Virus record (IMG/VR): IMGVR_UViG_3300007346_007557
DNA length: 20,000 nt
Direction: 5' to 3' (one strand)
DNA from: an uncultured virus (IMG/VR IMGVR_UViG_3300007346_007557)
Lineage: Duplodnaviria; Heunggongvirae; Uroviricota; Caudoviricetes
This document shows, in pieces, positions 1-9,354 of this stretch; position 1 is the first letter of the stretch; every line of letters starts with the position of its first letter. The translations under genes and the position numbers were made by a program. The notes beneath the pieces were generated by a model, which saw only the letters and a program-made list of their open reading frames with translations, was not told the origin of the DNA and ran no database searches.

Positions 1-1633
1 AATATTGTTGTCCATTATCTAAATTAGTAATATATGTTTTTCCAGATTCACTAGCATCAAAAACAATATTCCATTTTGATCCGTCCCATTCGATAATGTC
101 ATTCGCATCTGCTACAAAGTCAGAGTTGTCTAAATTTTTCCACGCATCTGCTCCATCTTCGTTTAAGTTTAAGATGTAAACAATTTTGTCATCAACTGAT
201 GGCATTTCGTCTAAGTCTATTACAAACTTATCATCAATATTACGTGACGTTGAAGAAACAGGAATATCATTAATAACAACTTGCCAACTTGTTACCGTGT
301 CTGCTCTGCGTCCAGGAGTTGACCCTGATGCAGATTCAGCAACATAATAATCTATATCTGTATCAATTCTTGTTGATGCTGTTTCTACGGTAAAGCGTCT
401 TTCAACTTTGAAACCAATTGGATCTAGTGTAAGTAATCTATAACCAGCAGTTTTTGTAGATGGATTGAATACTTTAGGATTAATAATTTTGTTAATACTT
501 CCTGATGTAGTAACCGGACCTTCTATAATAGTGTCGCTAGGTAAAGTGTCAACATCCCATATTATATCAATTAGTTTATCATTATCAGCATTTAATGTAA
601 ATGTTCCTACAATTTCATTTATTAATTCAGCACGTTTTAATCTAAGCTGACTAATACCAGGTTGGTATCTTGCTGGCAATTCTGCTTCTAAAATATTAAG
701 CCAACTAATATCTCCAACACGCAAACTTCTGTTTTTAGCAATTTTACCTGTTTCGTCTTCTACAATTAAGTCAAAATTTCTATAACTTACAACGATAGGA
801 TTATTCAAATCAAATCTGCCATCTTGTCCTGTTGCTACAATTGTATTCAATCTAATTCCATCTTCGTTTACTAGAGTTCCATCTGGTAATACGGTTACTC
901 CACTTGCTGCCCCAACATTGTTATCTGTTGAAGGATTAAATCCTTCTAAACTAATTGTACCTGCGTCTTGGTTAAAAATACTTGTAATAATATCTGTAAT
1001 GATTCCAAGTTTTTTAACTTTGACAGGTGGCGAAATGTAAACAGGCGCAGTAAATCCAAGTGTTGCAACATCAATTTCAGTTTCGGTTCCTGTAGGAATA
1101 GTTCTATTACTAAAGTTAATATTTTCTAATTGTAATACGCTTAAACTTGTCCAATCGATATAATTGTCTGTGGTTTGAAATTCTAAGTCAGGATTAAACA
1201 ACATAAAAATTTGTTCAAGTATTTGTAGTTTTTGATCAGTACTTGTACTCCAAACATCTACATTGACACTTAATGTATATGGTGTTGGATGCAATCTTTC
1301 TACGGTATATCCTTTTGCTTGTTCGGTTGAATACTCACCTGTGGCAGTATCATAAGCTCTTTCTCTAAGATTAATTTTGCTTACATAACTGCTATCACTT
1401 AGTCTAGATCTATCCATCTGGAAGCCAGTAATATAAACACCCATACGCGGAGCACTTGGCAGTTTGTTTTCGCTGTTGTCTCTAATTATACTTGCTACTT
1501 GTCTAGTTATATCACCATACATAACAGGAACTTCACGTAAATCCCCATCAGCATCTTTGTAACTGAATTTACTAAATGCTCTTACAATTTGAGTTATATA
1601 CCTACGTATTTGTCCGTCATAAAAATATTGCAT
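1..1633 (-). CDS. gp15: T4 gp15-like tail sheath stabilizer/terminator with long C-terminal extension (partial, runs off left edge)
   Basis: Absent from the ORF track; translated by hand. ATG at 1633 overlaps the gp14 stop (TAATG) and the frame is open to the window edge (>=544 codons): MQYFYDGQIRRYITQIVRAFSKF...EVPVMYGD...PSAPRM...PTPYTLSVNVDVWSTSTDQKLQILEQIFMLFNP... The YFY, VP.MYG and QILEQI..xFNP motifs fit gp15, as does the position next to gp14. Confidence 0.85.
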   Translation of the reverse strand, partial: MQYFYDGQIRRYITQIVRAFSKFSYKDADGDLREVPVMYGDITRQVASIIRDNSENKLPSAPRMGVYITGFQMDRSRLSDSSYVSKINLRERAYDTATGEYSTEQAKGYTVERLHPTPYTLSVNVDVWSTSTDQKLQILEQIFMLFNPDLEFQTTDNYIDWTSLSVLQLENINFSNRTIPTGTETEIDVATLGFTAPVYISPPVKVKKLGIITDIITSIFNQDAGTISLEGFNPSTDNNVGAASGVTVLPDGTLVNEDGIRLNTIVATGQDGRFDLNNPIVVSYRNFDLIVEDETGKIAKNRSLRVGDISWLNILEAELPARYQPGISQLRLKRAELINEIVGTFTLNADNDKLIDIIWDVDTLPSDTIIEGPVTTSGSINKIINPKVFNPSTKTAGYRLLTLDPIGFKVERRFTVETASTRIDTDIDYYVAESASGSTPGRRADTVTSWQVVINDIPVSSTSRNIDDKFVIDLDEMPSVDDKIVYILNLNEDGADAWKNLDNSDFVADANDIIEWDGSKWNIVFDASESGKTYITNLDNGQQY

Positions 1634-2787
1634 TAATTATTAGCCTTTGCTCTAAGTGCTTTACTCAATGATTGTCTCTCGACAACTTCTTCTCCAGCAA
1701 TGGTATTTACATTTGTATTGTTTATAAACGAACCTTTTAGAGTATCTTTGTCTTTTGTTGGTGTTAGTGTTGTTCTCACTTTATCCTCTACCTTTCTCCA
1801 ACTATTTCCATCATATCTAAATAATCTATTTGGAGATAAATCTATACGTAAAAAATAATCACCCTCGCCTGCTTGCGATGGAAAGCCTGTTCCCTGTCCG
1901 TACAATGCACCATTTGGTGGAATACCGTCACCAACTAAATAACCAATATATCCTGTTCCGTTAGGACTTTCAAAAACTTGATCAGATGTTATAAGTTCGT
2001 CAGAAATTAATGTTTCTTGGTCAACGGTAACAATAGCCATTTCTCCATCTTCTGTAACACTTAATGTGTAAAATTGTGTTGTTTCATAACCACTGAGTCT
2101 TGCATTTTCTTCTGCTTGTTGGATGATAGCTTCGTTTATTTGCATTTCTTTTTCGTAAGTGCTTAAAACATCACGTAAAGTATTACTACTACCTTCTTCT
2201 GCAGGTAAATCTAAAATATCTTTGTATTCTTGTGAATCCATTATTTGTTTGCATTTTAGTCGATACAAATGCAGATACCAAGTTTGTGAAAATCCTTCTG
2301 CTGCTCGTGTAACATCTTCTACAACATAAAATCTTTTTAACGCAACACTGAAGTCATTTAAAGCATATTCATCAATCATATGTGGTAATTCTATAACATC
2401 GCCACTCATTATTTTTCTGCCTAAAGTTTTTACACTGCTGGCAATATGTATTGTCAAAAATATTGTATCATTTTGTAAAAATAAGCCAAATTGACTTAAA
2501 TCAAAATCAGTATCTTGAACATTATAATGACCTCTGAGTGTGTAAATATCGTTGTCATATTTTCTATCTCTGTTTTCTAGAAATAACAAGTCTTGAATGT
2601 TTGTTTCTGAAATTACATCGTATATAGGTTGTTCGATAGTTGCATCATCTGCTGATACATTCTTTGGACCGATATATTTGTGTATATTTAAATCTGTACC
2701 GCCAACCGTGAATTGTTCATAGATAATACTATCTAAAAAGTCAAAGTCTTTGGATTTTTCCGGTCTATATAAACTTAATCTAGGCAT
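1633..2787 (-). CDS. gp14: T4 gp14-like neck (head closure) protein with C-terminal extension
   Basis: 384 aa; D(L)SQFGL, GDVIELP and HLYRLKC motifs resemble gp14; lies between gp13-like and gp15-like genes. Confidence 0.75.
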   Translation of the reverse strand: MPRLSLYRPEKSKDFDFLDSIIYEQFTVGGTDLNIHKYIGPKNVSADDATIEQPIYDVISETNIQDLLFLENRDRKYDNDIYTLRGHYNVQDTDFDLSQFGLFLQNDTIFLTIHIASSVKTLGRKIMSGDVIELPHMIDEYALNDFSVALKRFYVVEDVTRAAEGFSQTWYLHLYRLKCKQIMDSQEYKDILDLPAEEGSSNTLRDVLSTYEKEMQINEAIIQQAEENARLSGYETTQFYTLSVTEDGEMAIVTVDQETLISDELITSDQVFESPNGTGYIGYLVGDGIPPNGALYGQGTGFPSQAGEGDYFLRIDLSPNRLFRYDGNSWRKVEDKVRTTLTPTKDKDTLKGSFINNTNVNTIAGEEVVERQSLSKALRAKANN

Positions 2788-2792
2788 ATGTA

Positions 2793-2813
2793 TATTTATC
2801 GTTACGATAAATA
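2793..2813. promoter_or_regulatory. Divergent back-to-back late promoters (GATAAATA on both strands)
   Basis: TATTTATCGT-T-ACGATAAATA is a perfect 10-bp inverted repeat. GATAAATA lies at 2806-2813 (+) and 2800-2793 (-) and resembles the T4 late promoter TATAAATA. Confidence 0.8.
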
Positions 2814-2828
2814 CTAGTGGAGAACAAT

Positions 2829-3590
2829 ATGGCAGACTTGACTACTGAAAAACAAGAAATTTTTGATTACGTAAATGCATTCCTCGGCGGAGGCATGGTA
2901 GATGTTGAACTTGATCCAATACACTACGAAACAGCACTTGTAAAAAGTTTAAGTAAATTTAGACAAAGAAGTGAAAATAGTGTAGAAGAAAGTTATTTGG
3001 TAATTGCACTAAATCCAGATCAAAACGAATATACATTGCCAAATGAAGTTATCGAAGTTAGACAACTATTTAGACGCAATGTAGGTAGTAGATTAGGTGC
3101 TAGTGCTGATGGCGGCAGTTTGTTTGAACCATTTAACTTAGCTTACACAAATACATATTTGTTAGCAGGTAGCGGCATCGGTGGTCTAGCAACTTATGAT
3201 TTCTTTGCACAACAACAAGAACTAGTAGGTCGTATGTTTGGTAGTTTTCTTGAATTTTATTGGAATACTAGTACAAAAAAATTAACTATATTACAACGTC
3301 CTAGAGCCGATGAAGAAATTTTAGCATATTGCTATAATCATAGACCTGACTTTGAACTATTCAAAGATTACAAAGCATATCAGTGGATTAAAGATTATAC
3401 TTTAGCTAACTGCAAATATATGTTAGGTGAAGCACGTAGCAAATTTGCAACCATAGCTGGACCAGGAGGTGGTACTACACTGAATGGCGATACATTAAAA
3501 GCCGAAGCACAAGCCGAAATGGAAAAATTAGAAAAAGAACTAGATACAGCAGTTGCAGGCGGTACAGGTTATACGTTCTTAATTGGCTAA
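2829..3590 (+). CDS. gp13: T4 gp13-like neck protein
   Basis: LGGGMVDVEL near the N-terminus, WIKDYTLANCKYMLGEARSKF and GPGGGTTLNG near the C-terminus are gp13-like. Start moved from GTG 2817 to ATG 2829 because of GGAG at 2819-2822. Confidence 0.85.
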   Translation: MADLTTEKQEIFDYVNAFLGGGMVDVELDPIHYETALVKSLSKFRQRSENSVEESYLVIALNPDQNEYTLPNEVIEVRQLFRRNVGSRLGASADGGSLFEPFNLAYTNTYLLAGSGIGGLATYDFFAQQQELVGRMFGSFLEFYWNTSTKKLTILQRPRADEEILAYCYNHRPDFELFKDYKAYQWIKDYTLANCKYMLGEARSKFATIAGPGGGTTLNGDTLKAEAQAEMEKLEKELDTAVAGGTGYTFLIG

Positions 3591-3862
3591 AGATCGTTAT
3601 CGTGAATGTACAATTGAATTAATGCATAATGCAAAATTTTCATTAAATCTTTTCGAGCATCTTCTGCTGTACCTTTTTTTCCATAGCGATTAGAATACTT
3701 GTCAACATTGCCCATGCAAAAACCAGTTCCGTGTCCTCTATCAATAATTACTTCAGTTGATTGAAATTTATTGGTACTATAATGTCCATCATATGTTTTG
3801 TCAATGTATGCTTGGAATTCATCAATGTATTTTTTTTCGTCAAATTTATAATCAATGCTCAT
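3587..3862 (-). CDS. DUF3310-like small phage protein (T7 gp1.7 nucleotide kinase-like family)
   Basis: HY...GFCMGNVDKYSNRYGKKG...DLMKILHY matches the DUF3310 pattern (HY..G F..GN..KY..R...K....DL.K..Y). Start is ATG 3862, with AAAAGGA SD at 3875-3869. Confidence 0.65.
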   Translation of the reverse strand: MSIDYKFDEKKYIDEFQAYIDKTYDGHYSTNKFQSTEVIIDRGHGTGFCMGNVDKYSNRYGKKGTAEDARKDLMKILHYALIQLYIHDNDL

Positions 3863-3880
3863 AGTAAATCCTTTTCTATT

Positions 3881-3909
3881 ATAATACATGATACAAGTTG
3901 TAAAGTCAA
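3881..3909 (-). promoter_or_regulatory. sigma70-type promoter for the DUF3310-like gene
   Basis: Minus-strand TTGACT (3909-3904), 17-nt spacer, TATTAT (3886-3881); an overlapping TATAAT lies at 3883-3878. Confidence 0.65.
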
Positions 3910-3960
3910 TAATAAAATGCGCACATAACGGCTAAAACCCCCTATTTTCTACCATAAGTA

Positions 3961-3968
3961 GATAAATA
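3961..3968 (+). promoter_or_regulatory. Late promoter GATAAATA for tail sheath
   Basis: Exact motif upstream of AGGAG (3990-3994) and ATG 4004. Confidence 0.75.
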
Positions 3969-4003
3969 TTATTGATAGACATAATCCATAGGAGAAATAA
4001 AAA

Positions 4004-7000
4004 ATGGCATTAACATCACCAGGCGTAGAGGTCAGCGTAATTGACGAGAGTTTTTACACTCCGGCTGAACCAGGTACAACACCTATTATTTTTGTTGCAA
4101 CAGCAGAAAATAAACTAAATGGTGCAGGCACAGGAATAGCACCAGGAACAACCGCAGCAAATGCGGGTAAAGTATATCTAATGACATCACAACGTGACTT
4201 AGTAGAAACATTTGGTGATCCATTATTTTATACAGATACAAATAATAATCCAATACATGGCGGAGAACAGAACGAATATGGCTTACAAGCCGCATATTCA
4301 TATCTAGGTGTAAGTAACAGAGCATGGGTAGTTAGAGCTGATATTGATTTATCAGCATTGAATGCAAGTTCAACTGCAACAGCAGCAGATCCTGAAAATG
4401 GTACATACTGGTTAGATACACAAACTACATCATGGGGTGTATTTGAATGGAACGGAAGTGCGCTATCAACTTCAAATACATCAGGACAAACATTTACTAA
4501 CAAGGCTCCTATTGTTATTACTGATTCAACAAAAGTTGCAAGTTCAAGTCCTTACACACCAAATGGTAGTGTAGGTCAGCCAGGTGAATATGCTATCGTT
4601 GCAATTTCAACAATACCACGTTTATGGTACAAAAACTCAAGTGGTACTTGGGTGCAAGTAGGAAGTGCAAACTGGAAGGCATCATGGCCTTCAGTAAGTA
4701 GTTCAGGTTCGACTGCACCAGGCGCAGGCGAAGACTTTACTCTAAATGGTGCAACTATCACAACATCTGGTACAACATTCACAACACTTGCTAGTGATAT
4801 TGAAGGTGCAGGCGTTACCGGTGTAACAGCAGCAGTAGTAGATGGTGTATTAGAAATATACAATGACGGAACTGGAACTGATAGTATTATCCTTGTTGAC
4901 GGTACAGGAACACCGTTAGCAGATGCAGGTATTTCAGCAGGCACATATTATGCTCCTAAGTTACAAGCATCAAAACATACTAGTGTTCCAGAATACAAAA
5001 CATCAGATTCAAATCCTCGTCCAACTGGAAGTATTTGGGTTAAAACAACAGAACCAAACTCAGGCGCACGTTGGAGAACCAAAGTATGGAACGGCGATAC
5101 AGCAACATGGGATGCAGTTGATGCACCAATTTTTGATAATGGCGCAAGTGCAATTTATGAATTAGACAAAGCAGGTGGTGGTGCTAACTTACTTCCAGCA
5201 AATCTTTATGTAAAAACAAACGTAACTGAAGCAGCAACTAATCTTGCTAATTTTACAATTTACAAAAGAGCAGCAGCAGGCCGCACAAAAATTGTAGGTA
5301 CAGCAGTAAGTTCTGTTGCAGTAGCAACATATAGTGTAACAATCCAAGAAACTATTAAAAATTCAGCTGCTTATGCATCAGCACGTACGGTATCAATCAC
5401 AACTACAGGTGCATCAACAGATGCGGAAGTAGTTGCAACACAAATTAACGCAGCAGGTTTTGCTAACATTGTTGCAAGTGTTGATAGCACAAACAGAGTT
5501 GTAATTGAACATACCTTAGGTGGAGAAATTCGTATTACTGATACAGATGGACTACTACCATTAATTGGTTTTACAAAATACAACTACTCAACTAAAGCTG
5601 GAACAGCAAACTTATATGCTTGGCCAGGTGCAAGTTCTAACCAATATGAAGCAAGTTTGTGGACTGAATTAACATACACAGCAAGCAATGATGCACCAAC
5701 TGCTCTTGCAGCACAAGGAGCATTATGGTATAGTAGTGTTGTTGATGAAGTAGATATGCTTGTACACGATGGCACTAAGTGGGTTGGGCTATTACATAGC
5801 GATTCTCCATACTATGCAGGTGGTGTAGCAGCTGATCAACCAGATCCAAAAGGTCCAATTGTAAGTGCAACTGAGCCAGATGAGCAATCAGACGGTACAG
5901 CACTTAAAACAGGCGATATTTGGATTAGCACAGCAGATTTAGATAATTATCCAACAATTTATCGTTACAATGGTAACTTAGCATCTTGGATTTTACTAGA
6001 CGCTACAGATCAAACAACTGAAAACGGTGTACTATTTGCAGATGCACGTTGGAGTATTAACGGCGGTTCATCGTCAGCACATGAAGCAGGAACTATTGCC
6101 GATCTGTTAACAAGTTCTTTTGTTGATCCAGATGCTCCAGATCCAGCACTATATCCAAAAGGTATGTTGTTATGGAACCTACGTAGAAGTGGCTTTAACG
6201 TAAAACGTTTTGAGCGCAACTATATTGATTTAACAGCTGACAACACACGCTTTGGCGACGAAGATATGTCAACATATTATCCACATCGTTGGGTAACAGA
6301 ATCAGCTAACGAATCAGACGGTAAAGGTAGTTTTGGACGTAAGGCACAGCGTAAAGTTGTTGTACAAAAATTACAATCATTACTAAATGAAAATCAAGAC
6401 ATACGTGATGACGAATCAAGAACATTTAACTTGATTGCAACACCAGGTTATCCTGAACTAATTGGTGAAATGATCACACTTAACTATGACAGAGGCTTAA
6501 CAGCATTTGTTGTTGGTGATTCGCCGATGCGTTTAACAAGCGATGCAACTTCATTAAACGAATGGGCAACAAACGTTAACACAGCAGTTGAAGACAACGA
6601 TAATGGATTAGTAAGTAGAGATGAATATCTAGGCGTTTACTATCCAAGTGGTTTTACAAGTGACAACGCAGGTAACAATGTAGTTGTTCCGGCTTCACAT
6701 ATGGTGCTAAGAACTATTGCACTTAATGACCAAGTTGCTTATCCATGGTTTGCACCAGCAGGTACAAGACGTGGTGGCGTAACAAACGCAACTTCAACAG
6801 GTTACATTAACAGCGAAGGCGAATTTGTTGCAGCAGCACTTAACGAAGGCACAAGAGATACATTGTATCAAAACAATGTAAACCCAATTACATTCTTGAG
6901 CGGAGCAGGCTTAGTTGTGTTTGGACAGAAAACTCGTGCAAGAAATGCAAGTGCATTAGACAGAGTTAACGTAGCTAGACTTGTAATTTACTTACGTAGT

Positions 7001-7276
7001 CAACTTAACACACTAGCTAAACCATACTTGTTTGAACCAAATGATAAGATTACCCGTGATGAAATTAAACAACAGGTAGAAAGTTTAATGGTTGAACTAG
7101 TTGGTTTAAGAGCACTATATGACTTCCTAGTTGTATGTGACGAAACAAACAACACTCCTGCTAGAATTGATAGAAATGAGCTTTATGTAGATATTGCTAT
7201 TGAACCAGTCAAAGCAGTTGAATTTATTTACATTCCGCTACGTATCAAGAACACAGGAGAGATCGCAGGTCTATAA
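4004..7276 (+). CDS. gp18: Contractile tail sheath protein (gp18-like), enlarged
   Basis: N-terminal MALTSPGVEVSVIDES; C-terminal WFAPAGTRRG, RDTLYQNNVNPI, FGQKT, ALDRVNVARL, LFEPND, VVCDETNNTP.RIDRNEL, IEPVKAVEFI are tail sheath motifs. Confidence 0.97.
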   Translation: MALTSPGVEVSVIDESFYTPAEPGTTPIIFVATAENKLNGAGTGIAPGTTAANAGKVYLMTSQRDLVETFGDPLFYTDTNNNPIHGGEQNEYGLQAAYSYLGVSNRAWVVRADIDLSALNASSTATAADPENGTYWLDTQTTSWGVFEWNGSALSTSNTSGQTFTNKAPIVITDSTKVASSSPYTPNGSVGQPGEYAIVAISTIPRLWYKNSSGTWVQVGSANWKASWPSVSSSGSTAPGAGEDFTLNGATITTSGTTFTTLASDIEGAGVTGVTAAVVDGVLEIYNDGTGTDSIILVDGTGTPLADAGISAGTYYAPKLQASKHTSVPEYKTSDSNPRPTGSIWVKTTEPNSGARWRTKVWNGDTATWDAVDAPIFDNGASAIYELDKAGGGANLLPANLYVKTNVTEAATNLANFTIYKRAAAGRTKIVGTAVSSVAVATYSVTIQETIKNSAAYASARTVSITTTGASTDAEVVATQINAAGFANIVASVDSTNRVVIEHTLGGEIRITDTDGLLPLIGFTKYNYSTKAGTANLYAWPGASSNQYEASLWTELTYTASNDAPTALAAQGALWYSSVVDEVDMLVHDGTKWVGLLHSDSPYYAGGVAADQPDPKGPIVSATEPDEQSDGTALKTGDIWISTADLDNYPTIYRYNGNLASWILLDATDQTTENGVLFADARWSINGGSSSAHEAGTIADLLTSSFVDPDAPDPALYPKGMLLWNLRRSGFNVKRFERNYIDLTADNTRFGDEDMSTYYPHRWVTESANESDGKGSFGRKAQRKVVVQKLQSLLNENQDIRDDESRTFNLIATPGYPELIGEMITLNYDRGLTAFVVGDSPMRLTSDATSLNEWATNVNTAVEDNDNGLVSRDEYLGVYYPSGFTSDNAGNNVVVPASHMVLRTIALNDQVAYPWFAPAGTRRGGVTNATSTGYINSEGEFVAAALNEGTRDTLYQNNVNPITFLSGAGLVVFGQKTRARNASALDRVNVARLVIYLRSQLNTLAKPYLFEPNDKITRDEIKQQVESLMVELVGLRALYDFLVVCDETNNTPARIDRNELYVDIAIEPVKAVEFIYIPLRIKNTGEIAGL

Positions 7277-7308
7277 AAATTGGGGTCAAGGAAACTTGGC
7301 CCTAATTT
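7277..7308 (+). terminator. Stem-loop after sheath gene (terminator/processing hairpin)
   Basis: AAATTGGGGTCAAG-GAAA-CTTGGCCCTAATTT: 14-bp stem with 2 G-U pairs and a GNRA loop. Confidence 0.65.
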
Positions 7309-7316
7309 GATAAATA
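7309..7316 (+). promoter_or_regulatory. Late promoter GATAAATA for tail tube
   Basis: Exact motif directly after the hairpin; TAAGGAG SD follows, then ATG 7341. Confidence 0.75.
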
Positions 7317-7340
7317 CTTGTGTATTAAGGAGAACAATAG

Positions 7341-7979
7341 ATGGCAATCTCAACACTATTAAATTTAACGGTACCATTAGCTAATGATACAACATCAAGC
7401 TCACAAGGCTTGTTGATGCCTAAGCTACAATATCGTTTCCGTGTTACATTAGAAAACTTTGGTATTTCAGGTGACACTCAAGAACTTACAAAACAAGTTA
7501 TTGATGCTACTCGTCCTACTTTGAGTTTTGATCCAATTGTACTTGAAGTGTACAACTCAAAAATTCATATGGCGGGTAAACACACATGGAACACCGTGTC
7601 ATTAAACTTACGTGATGATGTAAGTGGTAATGTGCAAAAACTAGTTGGTGAACAACTACAGAAACAATTTGACTTTTTTGAACAAGCAAGCGCAGCTACT
7701 GGCCAAGATTACAAATTCTTACAAAGAATTGAAGTCCTTGATGGTGGTAACGGTACAAACACTCCAGCAGTGCTTGAAACTTGGGAACTATATGGATGTT
7801 TCCTAACACAAGTTGATTACGGCAGCATGTCATATGGTGAATCAAACCCAATGACGGTTGCACTAACAATTCAATACGATAATGCAGTGCAACTTGATCA
7901 AGGTGTTGGTACACCAAATGGGTTCCAAGATAGAACCATTGATAGCGGCACTGGTGCAACAGGCGCAGCAGCTCTTTAA
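7341..7979 (+). CDS. gp19: Tail tube protein (gp19-like)
   Basis: 212 aa directly after the sheath; PKLQYRFRV, AGKHTW, WELYGCF and LTIQYD fit a tube fold. Confidence 0.88.
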   Translation: MAISTLLNLTVPLANDTTSSSQGLLMPKLQYRFRVTLENFGISGDTQELTKQVIDATRPTLSFDPIVLEVYNSKIHMAGKHTWNTVSLNLRDDVSGNVQKLVGEQLQKQFDFFEQASAATGQDYKFLQRIEVLDGGNGTNTPAVLETWELYGCFLTQVDYGSMSYGESNPMTVALTIQYDNAVQLDQGVGTPNGFQDRTIDSGTGATGAAAL

Positions 7980-7999
7980 TAATTAAATGAGATTGTCTT

Positions 8000-8032
8000 A
8001 AATAAGGAGTCTTTACGGCTCCTTATTTTTTT
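8000..8032 (+). terminator. Rho-independent terminator
   Basis: AAATAAGGAGTC-TTTAC-GGCTCCTTATTT followed by a T-run. Confidence 0.8.
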
Positions 8033-8033
8033 G

Positions 8034-8041
8034 GATAAATA
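8034..8041 (+). promoter_or_regulatory. Late promoter GATAAATA (4 nt before ATG)
   Basis: GATAAATA-CTAT-ATG(8046). Confidence 0.75.
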
Positions 8042-8045
8042 CTAT

Positions 8046-9353
8046 ATGGCAAGTAAACTTTATGATAATTTTAGTGGTAGAGGAAATCCTAAAGGTATTT
8101 TAGGAGACTTTCAACATGCTGCCGAGCTTTATAGAAAAAATAACTTTAGACTAAGTCCTAAAGTTAAATTTTTATATCACGTTGTATTGAATATAAATCC
8201 AATTGCACTTGCATCGTTAGGATCGAGTATACAAAGTGCTTTAAGTACAAGAGAGATAAATCTACTTGCACAAACCGTTGACTTGCCAACATATACAACT
8301 CAAATGGAAACAAAGAATCAATACAACAGAAAAAAACTTGTGCAAACAAAACTTAATTATGATCCTGTGTCTTTAATTTTCCATGATGATAATGCAGGAT
8401 TAACTACACTACTCTGGGAAGCATATTACAGATATTATTTTCAAGATGGCAACTATTCTACTAGAACATCAACAGGTAGACCAAATTCCTATCGTGTTGG
8501 ACTATATGATCCTGAACCATTAAACTTGTATAGGCACGGTCTTGATAGATATAATTTTACAGAAGCACCGTTTTTTGATAGCATAGTTATACATCAACTA
8601 CATCCGCAAAATGAAATATCAAAATTTACAAGTTATACACTTGTTAATCCATTAATTGAAAGTCATAGACATGATACTTTAGATCAAACATCCGGAAGTG
8701 GATTAATGAAAAACACAATGTCTATTCAATATGAAACCGTGCTGTATAATAGAGGTACTACTACACAAGATAATCCTGCAGGATTTGGAGATGATGCACA
8801 TTATGATACAACACCAAGTCCATATGCTTATAGCTCGGCTAACGAAAGCGATGTAACACCTTTTGAAAATAACAGCATAAGTTTAGAGGGTTGGGCAGGA
8901 ATATTTTTTGATGCTGTGTTAAAAACAATTACACAATCTGATTTACAAAATCAACGTAGTGTAATTGACAAGCAAGCAATTACACCTCCTATAACAACTA
9001 ATCAACCATTGAGTTTGTTTAATAATGTTATTGTTCCTAGACCAGATACAATAACAGGCACAACTCAAACATCTGCAACAAATACAAACTGGGCATCAGT
9101 ACTTAATGGCATAGCAAAAGACAAAAACACTTTAACTAATCAGCAAAAATTAAATGATTTTAGTAGAGTAGCATTTGGACTAGCAGACAACGATAGCGGT
9201 AGAAGTATATTTGAAAGTAAACTTGCATATGATAATCTTTCAGACGCTGCTACTTTACAAGTTCAAACAGCAGTTACTTTAAATGCAAACGAAATTGCAA
9301 ACGGTAATGTACAAGGACTTAGAAACGATTTACAAAAACTAGGAATATTATAA
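8046..9353 (+). CDS. Tail-tube-like baseplate/tube initiator protein (gp54/gp48-like)
   Basis: N-terminal half has tube-fold-like motifs (PKVKFLYHV, VDLP, YDPVSLIFHDD, MSIQYE) paralleling gp19, and the gene follows gp19. Start is ATG 8046 rather than TTG 8031. Confidence 0.6.
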   Translation: MASKLYDNFSGRGNPKGILGDFQHAAELYRKNNFRLSPKVKFLYHVVLNINPIALASLGSSIQSALSTREINLLAQTVDLPTYTTQMETKNQYNRKKLVQTKLNYDPVSLIFHDDNAGLTTLLWEAYYRYYFQDGNYSTRTSTGRPNSYRVGLYDPEPLNLYRHGLDRYNFTEAPFFDSIVIHQLHPQNEISKFTSYTLVNPLIESHRHDTLDQTSGSGLMKNTMSIQYETVLYNRGTTTQDNPAGFGDDAHYDTTPSPYAYSSANESDVTPFENNSISLEGWAGIFFDAVLKTITQSDLQNQRSVIDKQAITPPITTNQPLSLFNNVIVPRPDTITGTTQTSATNTNWASVLNGIAKDKNTLTNQQKLNDFSRVAFGLADNDSGRSIFESKLAYDNLSDAATLQVQTAVTLNANEIANGNVQGLRNDLQKLGIL

Positions 9354-9354
9354 T

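Noticed and set aside
465..650. 61-aa plus-strand ORF
   Set aside because: Antisense shadow of the long gp15 frame.
4086..7959. Short alternative-frame and antisense ORFs within sheath and tube genes (4086, 4228, 4576, 4923, 5371, 5584, 6010, 7696)
   Set aside because: They lie fully inside strongly supported genes, have no evident SD or promoter, and look like shadow ORFs.
4004..9353. Extracellular contractile injection system or tailocin
   Set aside because: Neck proteins, terminase and T4-type replication genes indicate a complete phage.
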